64,000 bases of DNA from a candidate division WOR-3 bacterium (GCA_039802005.1 JBDRVV010000004.1:31227-95226), one strand, 5' to 3'. Numbered from the stretch's first letter, positions 28,884 through 38,603 are shown. Translations and numbers: made by a program. The notes: generated by a model not told the origin, from the sequence alone.

Positions 28884-28911
28884 TTGACAAGGTTTTTATG
28901 TTGAATATAAT
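28884..28911 (+). promoter_or_regulatory. Consensus sigma-70 promoter (TTGACA-N16-TATAAT) driving the tRNA-like element and tRNA-Leu
   Basis: TTGACA at 28884-28889 and TATAAT at 28906-28911. The predicted transcription start is about 4 nt before the tRNA-like 5' end at 28922. Confidence 0.6.
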
Positions 28912-28921
28912 AATTATGTTT

Positions 28922-29037
28922 GCCGGGATGATGGAATTGGTAGACGTAGCGGACTTTTGAGAATTCCGCTTCCGTTTAGCGGAATTCGAAATCCCGCATG
29001 CTGTTTGCGGGAAAAATCCTATCGCCGTGAGGCGATA
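28922..29037 (+). pseudogene. Degenerate tRNA-Leu-like element. Its first 35 nt are identical to the downstream tRNA-Leu 5' half. Three stable hairpins follow and there is no acceptor 3' strand
   Basis: 28922-28956 equals 29070-29104 exactly, covering the acceptor 5' strand, D-arm and anticodon stem 5' side. Downstream are hairpins of 10 bp (28961-28987), 6 bp (28993-29011) and 7 bp (29020-29037). A variable-arm-like and a TTCGAAA T-loop-like segment are recognisable. No 3' acceptor complement (TCCCGGC) is present. Confidence 0.35.
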
Positions 29038-29069
29038 AAAAGATTTTAGTATTGATTTATATTATCGTT

Positions 29070-29155
29070 GCCGGGATGATGGAATTGGTAGACGTAGCGG
29101 ACTTAAAATCCGCTTCCCCGCAAGGGGAGTGCCGGTTCAAGTCCGGCTCCCGGCA
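29070..29155 (+). tRNA. tRNA-Leu (anticodon UAA), type II with long variable arm
   Basis: A canonical cloverleaf: 7-bp acceptor stem GCCGGGA/TCCCGGC, D-loop AATTGGTAGA, anticodon loop CTTAAAA, variable arm CCCCGCAAGGGGAG and T-arm GCCGGTTCAAGTCCGGC. CCA is not encoded. Confidence 0.85.
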
Positions 29156-29232
29156 TTGTCGTAGTATAAATGCCAACCCCGCCACTTTGTGCGTCGGATT
29201 AAACTTTGGATTTTGACATTTGAAATTTTGAA

Positions 29233-30585
29233 TTACAATAGACCTTTCTGCCTATATCTTGCAATTCTATTCAGGAGTGTCTTATATGATACCCTCAGTC
29301 TCCTTGCCGTCTCTGCTTTATTCCACTCTGTTTGCTCAAGAGTCTTTTTGATAAGTTCTGCCTCAGCCATTTCTCTGCCATAATTTGCTGCGGTCTTTAA
29401 ATCCATATTTCCCACTAAAACTTCCGCTCTCTTTTTTGTCTGTAATGGCAACAGGATGTGTTCAGAATTTATAGTTTCTCCAGCCAGTATATTTGCCCGC
29501 TCAATGGTATTCTCCAGTTCACGCACATTTCCGGGCCAATCATAATTAATTAATTTTTGAAGGGCAGATTCCGAAATCTTCTTATTTGATTTTATTTTTT
29601 TTAAAAAATGTTCAACAAGCAAAGGAATGTCTTCTTTTCTGTCTCTCAATGGTGGAATTATTATTGGGAAAACACTTAATCTGTAATAAAGGTCTTCCCG
29701 AAATCTTCTTTCATTAACGAGGGTATGTAAATCCTTATTGCTTGCCGCAATTATGCGGACATCAACTTTTATTGAAGCAGTTCCACCCAGACGTTCAAAT
29801 GTTTTTTCCTGAATGACCCTCAATATTTTTGCCTGCAGATCAATACCCAGATCTCCAATCTCATCAAGAAATATTGTGCCTTTATGAGCAAGTTCAAATT
29901 TTCCAATCTTCCGTGCCACCGCACCGGTAAACGCGCCTTTTTCTGAGCCGAATAATTCATTTTCCAACAATTCACTTGGTATCGCTGCACAATTTATGGT
30001 TACAAACGGAGCCTCCTTTCGGGGCGATAGACTATGACAGGCCCTTGCAAATAGTTCTTTTCCAGTCCCTGATTCACCAAGAAAAAGCACAGTTGCTTCA
30101 GTTGGTGCAACTTTTTTGAGTAACTCAATTGATTTTTTTATCACTTCACTCACACCTACAATTTCAGGGAAACCATGGATATTTTGGACCATCTCTTTGA
30201 GCAGAATGTTTTCATATTGGGCTCTTTGCTCCCCAATGATCTTTTTGACTAAAATAATAAGTTGCTCTGTATCAAATGGTTTGGTAAGAAAATCACAGGC
30301 ACCCATTTTCATTGCTTCAACCGCTCTCTCCACTGTACCAAATGCCGTCATTATAATAAATTTTGCCTCTGAATCAATGTTTTTCAATTCACGGAGGACA
30401 TCAATACCATCAATGTCGGGAAGACGTAAATCCAACAATACAAGATTTATCTTTTCTCTCTTAAAAATCTGAATAGCCTCACGCCCATTTCGGGCAATTA
30501 AGGTTGAGAAACCTGCATCATCAAGTGCCACCTTCAATATCTCAGCAAAACTTGTTTTATCCTCAACGATTAGTATATCTGCCAT
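29233..30585 (-). CDS. Sigma-54-dependent response regulator (NtrC family: REC, AAA+ and Fis-type HTH domains)
   Basis: 450 aa with receiver aspartate context LVLLDLRLPD, Walker A GESGTGKE, the GAFTGA motif as written in the sequence, and a C-terminal HTH. Confidence 0.9.
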   Translation of the reverse strand: MADILIVEDKTSFAEILKVALDDAGFSTLIARNGREAIQIFKREKINLVLLDLRLPDIDGIDVLRELKNIDSEAKFIIMTAFGTVERAVEAMKMGACDFLTKPFDTEQLIILVKKIIGEQRAQYENILLKEMVQNIHGFPEIVGVSEVIKKSIELLKKVAPTEATVLFLGESGTGKELFARACHSLSPRKEAPFVTINCAAIPSELLENELFGSEKGAFTGAVARKIGKFELAHKGTIFLDEIGDLGIDLQAKILRVIQEKTFERLGGTASIKVDVRIIAASNKDLHTLVNERRFREDLYYRLSVFPIIIPPLRDRKEDIPLLVEHFLKKIKSNKKISESALQKLINYDWPGNVRELENTIERANILAGETINSEHILLPLQTKKRAEVLVGNMDLKTAANYGREMAEAELIKKTLEQTEWNKAETARRLRVSYKTLLNRIARYRQKGLL

Positions 30586-32180
30586 TAGATTTTAAAATTC
30601 TGTATTACCTTTGCGAGCCTTTCAGTAATATTTAGCAATTCCTGGCTTGTGGCAGCAAATTCCTCAGTTGCTGCTGATTGTTCCTCAAGCGAAGCAAGGA
30701 TTTGCTCTGCCGCAGTAGAATTATCCTTTGAAATATTAAATGAGTCCTCTATTTGTTTCAACATTGCAGTAATTTCTTCTTCTTCTTTGGAAATAACATT
30801 TTTGATATTTTTTATTGCCCCATTCAATTCAATAACCGCATTTGATATTGTGCGTAATGATTCGGTTGTGGATTTAACAACCTGATTTCCATCATATATT
30901 GCCTTTCTTACTTCTTCGGAGCTTTCCGCTACACTTTTTATTGAATCAATCATTTCTTTTACTATTTCCCCGATCTCCATCGCTGAGTTCTGGGTATTAT
31001 CTGCAAGTTTCTTTATTTCATCAGCAACAATGGCAAAACCCTTTCCGAACTCACCCGCACGAGCAGCCTCAATGGAGGCATTGAGGGAGAGAATATTTAT
31101 CTTTTCTGATATTTTATTGATAGTCTCTATTATTTTCGTAATTGTATTTGATACATCATGTAATTTTGCCATCAATCCAATAAGATATTCATACCTGGTT
31201 CCTATAATCTCTATATTTTTTAATGCCATATCACTCATCTGTAATCCATTATTTGCACTTGCTGAAAAATTCTCAGCGTGAGTCTCAACTTTTTTTATGT
31301 TATCAACAACTGAAAAACTTATTTCACTTAAAGACTTACCCATAGAAATTGATTTATCAAGTTCCTGAAACTGGCGGTCAACGCCTTCGGTCATCTTCTG
31401 GGTTGTAGATACAATCTCTGAAATTGCCGTTGACAACTCATTTGATGTTGATGCAATCTGTGCGCTGATTTCGCTCAATTGTTTAGATGTATCAACGACC
31501 AGTTTTATTATATTTGCCTCGGTCTCAACGAGAGTCTTAATAGTTCTGCCTAAAAAATAAATTTCGTCCGGTGCTCCCTTTTCTTCAATATGTACATGCA
31601 AATCTCCCTTCTCCACTTTTTTCAAAACTTCTTGCAGTTCTTTAAGGCGCACAAGGTCACGGTCAAAGTCTACAATGAGTAAGAAAGAAACAAATGTTAA
31701 GAAAATTAGTTTAACTAATTCCATCCCCAAATTTATTTCCGGGTATAAGTTCTGAGTCAAAACCAACATTAAAACATAAGCAAAGTCTACAAGGGCAATG
31801 GCGTAAATTCCATTTTTTATCCCGAGCAGGTAGCCCGGATGCAAGATGATATAGAAATATATCAAAAAGAACGGAATTCTTAATTGAGGTTGAATAAATG
31901 ATAGACAAAATGTTAAAATTGTTGCAGTCACGGTAGTTATGATATAAGGAATTACAGGCGAATAGATATTTTTGGTTGACAGTATGTAAATGACCAGCCC
32001 GAAAATAAAGACAATTGCGGTAAGAACAGGTATAAAGATTGGAACTGGAAAGAACTTTAAAATTGCACCGAATAAAAATACCACCTCAAACAACAGGCAG
32101 AATAGCATAGTTGCCATACTGCCTTTTTTGGCAAAATTTAAACCTTTCAACCTCATATCTTCGTTGGTATTCATTATCAC
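30585..32180 (-). CDS. Methyl-accepting chemotaxis protein with a polytopic (about 6-7 TM) N-terminal sensor region
   Basis: 531 aa. The highly conserved MCP signalling-domain core [33 protein letters not shown] is present. The N-terminal 200 aa are hydrophobic multi-TM. The stop overlaps the response-regulator start. Confidence 0.8.
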   Translation of the reverse strand: MIMNTNEDMRLKGLNFAKKGSMATMLFCLLFEVVFLFGAILKFFPVPIFIPVLTAIVFIFGLVIYILSTKNIYSPVIPYIITTVTATILTFCLSFIQPQLRIPFFLIYFYIILHPGYLLGIKNGIYAIALVDFAYVLMLVLTQNLYPEINLGMELVKLIFLTFVSFLLIVDFDRDLVRLKELQEVLKKVEKGDLHVHIEEKGAPDEIYFLGRTIKTLVETEANIIKLVVDTSKQLSEISAQIASTSNELSTAISEIVSTTQKMTEGVDRQFQELDKSISMGKSLSEISFSVVDNIKKVETHAENFSASANNGLQMSDMALKNIEIIGTRYEYLIGLMAKLHDVSNTITKIIETINKISEKINILSLNASIEAARAGEFGKGFAIVADEIKKLADNTQNSAMEIGEIVKEMIDSIKSVAESSEEVRKAIYDGNQVVKSTTESLRTISNAVIELNGAIKNIKNVISKEEEEITAMLKQIEDSFNISKDNSTAAEQILASLEEQSAATEEFAATSQELLNITERLAKVIQNFKI

Positions 32181-33424
32181 CTCCTGAAAATTTCCTGGGT
32201 TTTCTTCATCGCACAGAACTCACCACACATAGTGCAGGTGAGTGCGGAATGAGAACGTTTACGTAAAAATATTTTCTTCGCCCTTACGGGATCAATCAAA
32301 AGGTTGATCATTTTTTTCCAGTCAAGAGAGAATCTTGCTTTAGACAAATTAAGGTCACGCATCTTTGCCCCAACCAAGCCTTTACCAATATCTGCAGCGT
32401 GGGCAGCAATTTTTAAGGCAATAACACCTTCACGCACATCTTCCACGCTTGGCAAACCGAGGTGTTCAGCAGGAGTAACATAGCATAAAAAATCCGCCCC
32501 ATAATAAGCAGCAAGGGCACCTCCGATTGCAGCAACGATATGGTCATAGCCTGCTCCAATATCTGTCACCAACGGACCAAGCACATAAAATGGTGCACCA
32601 TCACATATTGTTTTTTGTAATTTGATATTTGCCTCTATCTCATTTATTGGAATATGTCCCGGCCCTTCCACAATTACCGAAACATCATTCATTCTTGCTT
32701 CTTTTACTAAATCACCAATTATCACAAGTTCTCTTATCTGATATTCATCTGTAGCATCACTAATCGCACCAGGTCTCAAACCATCGCCAAGACTAAGTGT
32801 TGCTGTGTATTTCTTTGCTAACTTGAGCAGACGATCGTAATATTCATAGAGAGGATTTTCTTTATTATTTGCCTTCATCCATTCAATCATCATTGAACCA
32901 CCACGACTCACCACACCACAGACTCTTCTCTTTTTTTCCATTCCCCTTATTGCTTCCCTGGTGATACCACAATGGACCGTAATAAAATCAACGCCATCTT
33001 CAAGATGTCTTTCTATTGTTTCAAATATTTCATCAACACTCGCCTTTGTAAAAGGCTTTTTCTTCTTGCGCATATCAATCGCCACTTGATATATCGGTAC
33101 CGTCCCCACTGCCACACTTGATGCATTCAAAATCTCTCTTCTGATTCTATTAATATCTCCACCCGTTGACAAATCCATCACCGCGTCAGCACCACTCTCA
33201 ATAGCAACCTTTAATTTTTTCAACTCATATTTTAAGTTTGCAAAATCAGGCGATGTTCCTATATTGGCATTTATCTTCGTCCGACATCCCTTTCCTAATA
33301 TGAGGGGTTTTATTTTATGAAGGCGACTTTTTATTAAAACCGCGGTTCCGTTTTTTAAATTTTTTTTCAATGTCTCGGTGCTTATCCCTTCTTCTTTTGC
33401 CAGTTTACCAATCAAATCATTCAT
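32177..33424 (-). CDS. thiC: ThiC-family radical SAM enzyme (phosphomethylpyrimidine synthase, or a BzaA/BzaB-like paralog)
   Basis: 415 aa with [17 protein letters not shown] and VGTVPIYQ motifs and a C-terminal [11 protein letters not shown] cluster. This is the short anaerobe-type form. Confidence 0.75.
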   Translation of the reverse strand: MNDLIGKLAKEEGISTETLKKNLKNGTAVLIKSRLHKIKPLILGKGCRTKINANIGTSPDFANLKYELKKLKVAIESGADAVMDLSTGGDINRIRREILNASSVAVGTVPIYQVAIDMRKKKKPFTKASVDEIFETIERHLEDGVDFITVHCGITREAIRGMEKKRRVCGVVSRGGSMMIEWMKANNKENPLYEYYDRLLKLAKKYTATLSLGDGLRPGAISDATDEYQIRELVIIGDLVKEARMNDVSVIVEGPGHIPINEIEANIKLQKTICDGAPFYVLGPLVTDIGAGYDHIVAAIGGALAAYYGADFLCYVTPAEHLGLPSVEDVREGVIALKIAAHAADIGKGLVGAKMRDLNLSKARFSLDWKKMINLLIDPVRAKKIFLRKRSHSALTCTMCGEFCAMKKTQEIFRR

Positions 33425-33666
33425 TTTGCATACTCCACATTAACACCAAGGGAGGTCTTAGGAACTGCATATGCAACAAATTTTAATATAAAATTCATTG
33501 CCTTTTCTTCATTTGGTGCTTCAAATATTAAAACATAATCCGGTTTGCCAAAAAGTGATAAAAATTCTCTAATCTTTATTTCTTCGGGAACTTTTAAAGT
33601 CTTGACTGCATTGAGCAATTCATCAGCACGACCTGGAATAACATCAAGCGTAGTGATAAAAGTCAT
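33421..33666 (-). CDS. GYD-domain protein
   Basis: 81 aa with a GYD-family-like core (GKPDYVLIFEAPNEE). It overlaps the ThiC-family gene start by 4 nt. Confidence 0.4.
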   Translation of the reverse strand: MTFITTLDVIPGRADELLNAVKTLKVPEEIKIREFLSLFGKPDYVLIFEAPNEEKAMNFILKFVAYAVPKTSLGVNVEYAK

Positions 33667-33686
33667 TCTGCCTCCTCATAAATTAT

Positions 33687-33714
33687 ATTATATGCTAAAA
33701 TGTAAAGCTGTCAA
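33687..33714 (-). promoter_or_regulatory. Consensus sigma-70 promoter (TTGACA-N16-TATAAT) for GYD-thiC-MCP-RR, lying inside the 3' end/gap of the upstream GNAT gene
   Basis: The minus-strand read is TTGACAgctttacattttagcaTATAATataatttatgaGGAGGcagaATG. The leader is under about 20 nt. Confidence 0.55.
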
Positions 33715-33728
33715 GAAATAGGTGGATT

Positions 33729-34844
33729 CTATAAAGTGCCTTGATATATTCTATATTTTTTATATAACCTACCACCCATTTTTAAAATTGTATTATTTAC
33801 TGGGTAATTATCCTCAAGGGTCCAGCTCAATTCTCCACTATTGTATCCGAGTTTCATTCCGGCCTTCAAAGTTTCAAGGACCATCAATCCTTCAAGGCCC
33901 AATTTTTGATAATCTTTTTTAACCCCCATTATCATCAATCGAGCCTCCTTAATTTTATTTTTGTAATAGAGAAATTTTATCATTCCAAGGAGGTCTAATT
34001 TACCATTTAGTTTTTTTAGAATAAAGTTATAATTTGGTACAGTTAGAGAAACACCGACCGGAACATTATCAATTTCAACAATTATAACCAATTCGGGGAC
34101 AATGAGATCTTTAAGAGTCTTGGCAATATGAGAGAATTCGGAATCAGTCATTGGTACAAAACCCCAGTTTCTGCTCCAGGCGTCGTTATAGATTTCTTTA
34201 ATCTTTTTCACTTCGTTTGAGAAGTCATCAATATCAACCGGTCTTACCTTTAAATCTCTCACCCTTTTACGAATAAGCGAGCACATTTTTTCTAATCTCT
34301 CAAATGGTGCATTTTTTGCTTCAATATAAAAAGCATATAAATCCTTTGCCTTTGTTAGTCCTGCGGCTTGGGCGAGTTCATGGTAATATTCAAATGTATA
34401 TGTCATCATAATCATCGGCTCTAAGAAATAGCCTTCAAGGAGAAATCCCACCTCTTCATTGGTCGAAGGATTGAATGGACCAACAAATTTAGTCATTCCT
34501 TTTTCTTTATGAAATTCGCGCACGGCATTGAATAATGCCACCGCCGACTCTACATCATCTTCGCACTCAAAGAATCCAAAATATCCAGTCTTCTCATTCC
34601 AGAATTCAATAAAATTGTAATCAACTATTGCACAAACCCTACCAACAACTTCCTTATCGCGATAAACAAGAAACATCTCTCTTTCTGCATGCTCCCAGAA
34701 TGGATAATTTTTCTTATCAAACATATTGTAGACATCTTTTTTTAAAGGTGGAACCCAGTAACGGTTATTTTTGTATAAACGATACGGCAACTCTACAAAA
34801 GACTTTAATTCCTTTTCATCTTTGACCGGAACTACTTTTATCAC
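33729..34844 (-). CDS. Long (371 aa) GNAT-superfamily N-acyltransferase-like protein; candidate bacterial ceramide synthase or N-acyl amino acid synthase
   Basis: 371 aa with no signal peptide. The GNAT assignment rests on length and context; no motif was checked. It overlaps by 4 nt the upstream Spt-like gene. Confidence 0.4.
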   Translation of the reverse strand: MIKVVPVKDEKELKSFVELPYRLYKNNRYWVPPLKKDVYNMFDKKNYPFWEHAEREMFLVYRDKEVVGRVCAIVDYNFIEFWNEKTGYFGFFECEDDVESAVALFNAVREFHKEKGMTKFVGPFNPSTNEEVGFLLEGYFLEPMIMMTYTFEYYHELAQAAGLTKAKDLYAFYIEAKNAPFERLEKMCSLIRKRVRDLKVRPVDIDDFSNEVKKIKEIYNDAWSRNWGFVPMTDSEFSHIAKTLKDLIVPELVIIVEIDNVPVGVSLTVPNYNFILKKLNGKLDLLGMIKFLYYKNKIKEARLMIMGVKKDYQKLGLEGLMVLETLKAGMKLGYNSGELSWTLEDNYPVNNTILKMGGRLYKKYRIYQGTL

Positions 34845-36028
34845 TTTACCAGACCAAATTCTTTAGCGCACCGTCTAAATACATCAAGCACGATATTTAT
34901 ATCTTCGTCTGTATGCGTAGCCATATAACTTGTTCTGATAAGTGCCCTGCCCGGTGGTGTGGCAGGAGAAATAACTGGATTGGCAAATACACCATTTTCA
35001 AAAAGGCTTTTCCAGAAGGCAAAACATTTTTCATCTTCACCGATAATCACGGGGATAACCGGGGTTATGCTCTCACCTGTATCAAGCCCGATATCTTTAA
35101 ATCCCTTTCTCACTCTTTCTGTTACTTCCCAGAGTCTTTTCCGGCGTTCTGGTTCAGTCTTTATTATCTCCAGAGATTTTAACGCACTGGCAACTGATGC
35201 CGGGGTCATACTTGCCGAAAATATGAGTGCGCGGGCAGTATGTCTAATGTGGGTTATCACATCCTTTTCCGCTACGACGAAACCACCAAGTGATGCGAAT
35301 GATTTACTGAATGTACCCATGATTATATCAACTTCATTTAATAAATTGAAGTGTTCACATACACCACGCCCGTGCTCTCCCATCACACCAATGCCATGAG
35401 CATCATCTACAAGCAGCCTCGTGTTAAATTTTTTCTTCAGTTTTACAATCTCCGGTAGATTTATTACATCGCCCTCCATACTGAAAACTCCATCTACCAC
35501 AATCAATTTTCCTTTATTATGGGGTATTGATTTCAATATTCTTTCCAGGTCATTCATATCATTATGTTTAAATTTTTTGACCTCAGCGAATGAAAGTCTA
35601 CAACCATCTATGATGGATGCGTGGTCCTGCCTATCTATGATAATAACATCGTCTTTACCCGCAATCGCAGATATTATTCCGAGGTTAGTTTGAAATCCGG
35701 TTGAAAATACAATTCCATCATCTTTTTCAAAAAAATCGGCGAGCTCTTTTTCAAGTCTGATATGAATATCAAGTGTCCCGTTTAAAAATCTTGAACCAGA
35801 ACAGGTCGAACCATATTTTTGAACCGCTTCAATTGCAGCTCTTTTCAATCTTTCATCTGCAGCAAGTCCAAGATATCCATTGGAACCTATCATAATATAT
35901 TCCCTGCCGTTAATCATTACTCTATGGTCCTGTGCTGATTCAATTGGTGTAAAATAAGGATAAATATTTATACTCTTGGCACGATTTACTGCTTCAACGG
36001 TGGCTTTGCATTTTTTAAATATATCCAT
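34841..36028 (-). CDS. Serine palmitoyltransferase-like alpha-oxoamine synthase (PLP-dependent)
   Basis: 395 aa. The motifs are IGSNGYLGL, GSRFLNGTLD, DGVFSMEGD, DDAHGIG and the PLP-lysine motif GTFSKSFASLGG. The TFSKS form is characteristic of Spt rather than BioF or Kbl. Confidence 0.6.
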   Translation of the reverse strand: MDIFKKCKATVEAVNRAKSINIYPYFTPIESAQDHRVMINGREYIMIGSNGYLGLAADERLKRAAIEAVQKYGSTCSGSRFLNGTLDIHIRLEKELADFFEKDDGIVFSTGFQTNLGIISAIAGKDDVIIIDRQDHASIIDGCRLSFAEVKKFKHNDMNDLERILKSIPHNKGKLIVVDGVFSMEGDVINLPEIVKLKKKFNTRLLVDDAHGIGVMGEHGRGVCEHFNLLNEVDIIMGTFSKSFASLGGFVVAEKDVITHIRHTARALIFSASMTPASVASALKSLEIIKTEPERRKRLWEVTERVRKGFKDIGLDTGESITPVIPVIIGEDEKCFAFWKSLFENGVFANPVISPATPPGRALIRTSYMATHTDEDINIVLDVFRRCAKEFGLVK

Positions 36029-36064
36029 TTTTTTATTATAATGAATTTCTCACTAAAGTCAATA

Positions 36065-37333
36065 TCATAAAATGTTTCGCAAAAACCACTTCAGTTCAAA
36101 GATTTTTTCAATGTCCTTTGCATTCAGGAATTTTCTTGTCTCACAATCTTCCTCAACAATCTTCTTTAAATGCCTTTTTTCTTCCATTGACCTGAACGAA
36201 AGTTTCTGAACCAGATCATACGCTGTCTTTCTATTCATCCCTTTCTCAATCAATCTATTCATCAAATTCTGTGATGCATAAAGCCCAAGACTGTTATTGA
36301 TATTCTCCATCATCCGTTCAGGATAGACCCTTAAATTTTCTAAGACCCATATAATTTTTTTGGTTATATAATGAACAATATGAAATGCATCAGGAATGAT
36401 AACCCTTTCTACCGAAGAATTGGTCAAATCCCTTTCATGCCAGAGATTGATGTTTTCAAACGCTGGTATCAAATAACCCCTGAGGACCTTTACAAGACCA
36501 CATACCCTCTCACAGGTAATTGGATTTTGTTTATGAGGCATTGCTGATGAACCCTTTTGACCTTTCGTAAATGGCTCAGCCACTTCACCAATTTCAGAGC
36601 GTGAAAGATTTCTTATCTCGGTGGCTATTCTCTCAATGGCACAACCATATAGCACAAGGGCGGTTAGCAGAAAGGCATGCCGGTCTCGTGGTATTACCTG
36701 AGTTGAGACCGGTTCCGGCACCAAGTCTAATTTTTTCATAACCTTCTTTTCAATGTCCGGTGGAATAATTGTATAACTACCAACAGCACCTGATAATTTA
36801 CCGAATGCGATTTCTTTTTTTGCCTGACATAACCGCTCTCTTGCCCTCAATACTTCCTGATACCAGGAATTTATTTTATAACCAAATGTGATAGGTTGAG
36901 CGTATATCCCATGGGTTCTCCCAATTTGCGGTGTCTTATGATATTTAACTTCAAGCCTTTTCAAATTTTTTAATAGTTTATCTATATCCTTCAGTACAAT
37001 GTTAAGCCCATCTTTCAATATCAAACCCCAGGCGGTATCAACGAGGTCATAAGAAGTCATACCAAAATGGAGCCATCTTCCCTCTTCTTTACCAATCTTT
37101 TCTCTCACTGCCTCAAGGAATGCAATAACATCGTGGTTTGTTATCTTCTCTATCTCTTCTACCCGCTCAGGGTCAATCTTTATCCTCTCTAATTTTTTAC
37201 CCAATCCCCTTGGAATTATTCTGAGTTCTTCCTGGACCTCTGCGACTGCCTTCTCAACAAGTACCCATACTTCCATTTTATGTTCTTCACTGAATATCTT
37301 TCTTATCTCTTCTGTTTCATATCTTTTTATCAT
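36065..37333 (-). CDS. purB: Adenylosuccinate lyase
   Basis: 422 aa of the fumarase/aspartase family with PurB-like termini. Confidence 0.85.
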   Translation of the reverse strand: MIKRYETEEIRKIFSEEHKMEVWVLVEKAVAEVQEELRIIPRGLGKKLERIKIDPERVEEIEKITNHDVIAFLEAVREKIGKEEGRWLHFGMTSYDLVDTAWGLILKDGLNIVLKDIDKLLKNLKRLEVKYHKTPQIGRTHGIYAQPITFGYKINSWYQEVLRARERLCQAKKEIAFGKLSGAVGSYTIIPPDIEKKVMKKLDLVPEPVSTQVIPRDRHAFLLTALVLYGCAIERIATEIRNLSRSEIGEVAEPFTKGQKGSSAMPHKQNPITCERVCGLVKVLRGYLIPAFENINLWHERDLTNSSVERVIIPDAFHIVHYITKKIIWVLENLRVYPERMMENINNSLGLYASQNLMNRLIEKGMNRKTAYDLVQKLSFRSMEEKRHLKKIVEEDCETRKFLNAKDIEKIFELKWFLRNIL

Positions 37334-37394
37334 AGACTAATTATACCCAGAAAATTTTTGTTTTCAACAAAAATTTTTGATATCTTGCGGAAGT

Positions 37395-38603
37395 CTAATT
37401 GACAAAAATTATCTTTAAATTCTTTAGTTCATTTTCATTCTGTATATGACAGAAATAAATCCCATTTGGCAGGAGAGTATTCGCTTCATCCCTGCCATCC
37501 CAGGCTACAACATATTCTCCAGAGATTTTGAATTCATGCATCAGCCTCCTCACCAGTCTGCCCGATTCATCGTAGATATTTATCTTTACTATTCCGGGTT
37601 TAGATACATAGTAATTGATATTGACTGATTTGTTGAACGGATTCGGCTGAAGGATAAAATTTTTTGTCGCATCCTTGCCTGCTCGGTCAAATTTTTGGTA
37701 TATTGGAATTAAATGGACAGGTTCACCGGGTTTTAAACAGGCAATTGTGCGATTCGGAATTTCAACCCATCTCTGGCTTGATGTATCAAGTGGTTGGGAA
37801 GCAACGACCCAGAAATTGGAAACCAGGGAATCAGGATAATAGTAAACGGTTATTGCCCTTGGTTCTGATTTTGTAAAATTTAATGCCCATAACTTATTAC
37901 CGTCAGACATCACAAAGTTCAATTGCGCATTACTCGTTCCAAGCGCAGAATCGAGTTTAATAACTGCCATCTTAATACATTCCTCAATTGAAAGATCAGG
38001 GTTCATATCTAAAACTTCAATCATTAGTATGGCGAACAAATCAGAATCAAGATAGTTTGGAGCATAATCAGGAGGATTTTGCTCAAGATATAGAGGATTG
38101 ATTGAAGAAATCAATCTTAGTAAAATGTCCGTATTAATTGTACCATTATGGGCAAAGAGTATATCAAAATTTCTTTTAATACATTGTCTCCGAAAAGGAT
38201 GAGGATCAGGAATGCCACCCGTTGGTCCGCTGGAACTCTTACGCACATGGGCAACTGCAGAATTTTTAACATTTCTGAGTAATTCCTTGGTCATTTCTGA
38301 ATATCTGGGGTCAAGTGGTGCAGATGGCTCTCCACGACGGATAACTGGTAAGATTGTATCGCTTTGGGATTCAATAAAATAAGCAATACCCCAACCATCA
38401 GGATTTTTTGCTCCGAGTTTGCGTAAAGAATCAAGGTGGGTTGTGATAATATCACTAATTGCTGGCGTGTTTTCAGACAATATAATACCCCAGAACCTGC
38501 ACTCATGATTTTGTTCCAAATTTTTCCGGCAGGAAATAGTAAAGGATAAAATGATAAATAGAAAAGTAAAATATGGAATATCCTTATTTTTGCATTGGCC
38601 CAT
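37395..38603 (-). CDS. Secreted class-II (Ntn) glutamine amidotransferase-like protein with lipoprotein-type signal and T9SS C-terminal sorting domain
   Basis: 402 aa. A signal peptide and a lipobox-like FTISC precede an Ntn nucleophile context CRFWGII...DGWGIAYF (GATase_6/EgtC-like). The C-terminus ...PNGIYFCHIQNENELKNLKIIFVN is a T9SS sorting domain. Confidence 0.5.
   Translation of the reverse strand: MGQCKNKDIPYFTFLFIILSFTISCRKNLEQNHECRFWGIILSENTPAISDIITTHLDSLRKLGAKNPDGWGIAYFIESQSDTILPVIRRGEPSAPLDPRYSEMTKELLRNVKNSAVAHVRKSSSGPTGGIPDPHPFRRQCIKRNFDILFAHNGTINTDILLRLISSINPLYLEQNPPDYAPNYLDSDLFAILMIEVLDMNPDLSIEECIKMAVIKLDSALGTSNAQLNFVMSDGNKLWALNFTKSEPRAITVYYYPDSLVSNFWVVASQPLDTSSQRWVEIPNRTIACLKPGEPVHLIPIYQKFDRAGKDATKNFILQPNPFNKSVNINYYVSKPGIVKINIYDESGRLVRRLMHEFKISGEYVVAWDGRDEANTLLPNGIYFCHIQNENELKNLKIIFVN

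Noticed and set aside
28916-29160. Possible CRISPR-like or mobile-element attachment repeat (35-nt exact direct repeat)
   Set aside because: The repeat is the 5' half of a tRNA-Leu gene duplicated once, not a regularly spaced array. No cas gene, integrase or transposase is anywhere in the window.
33667-33728. Expected TPP (THI-box) riboswitch upstream of the ThiC-family operon
   Set aside because: Only about 60 nt separate the upstream gene from the GYD start. A consensus promoter there leaves a leader under 20 nt. No CUGAGA or THI-box-like sequence was seen, so a riboswitch is absent at this position.
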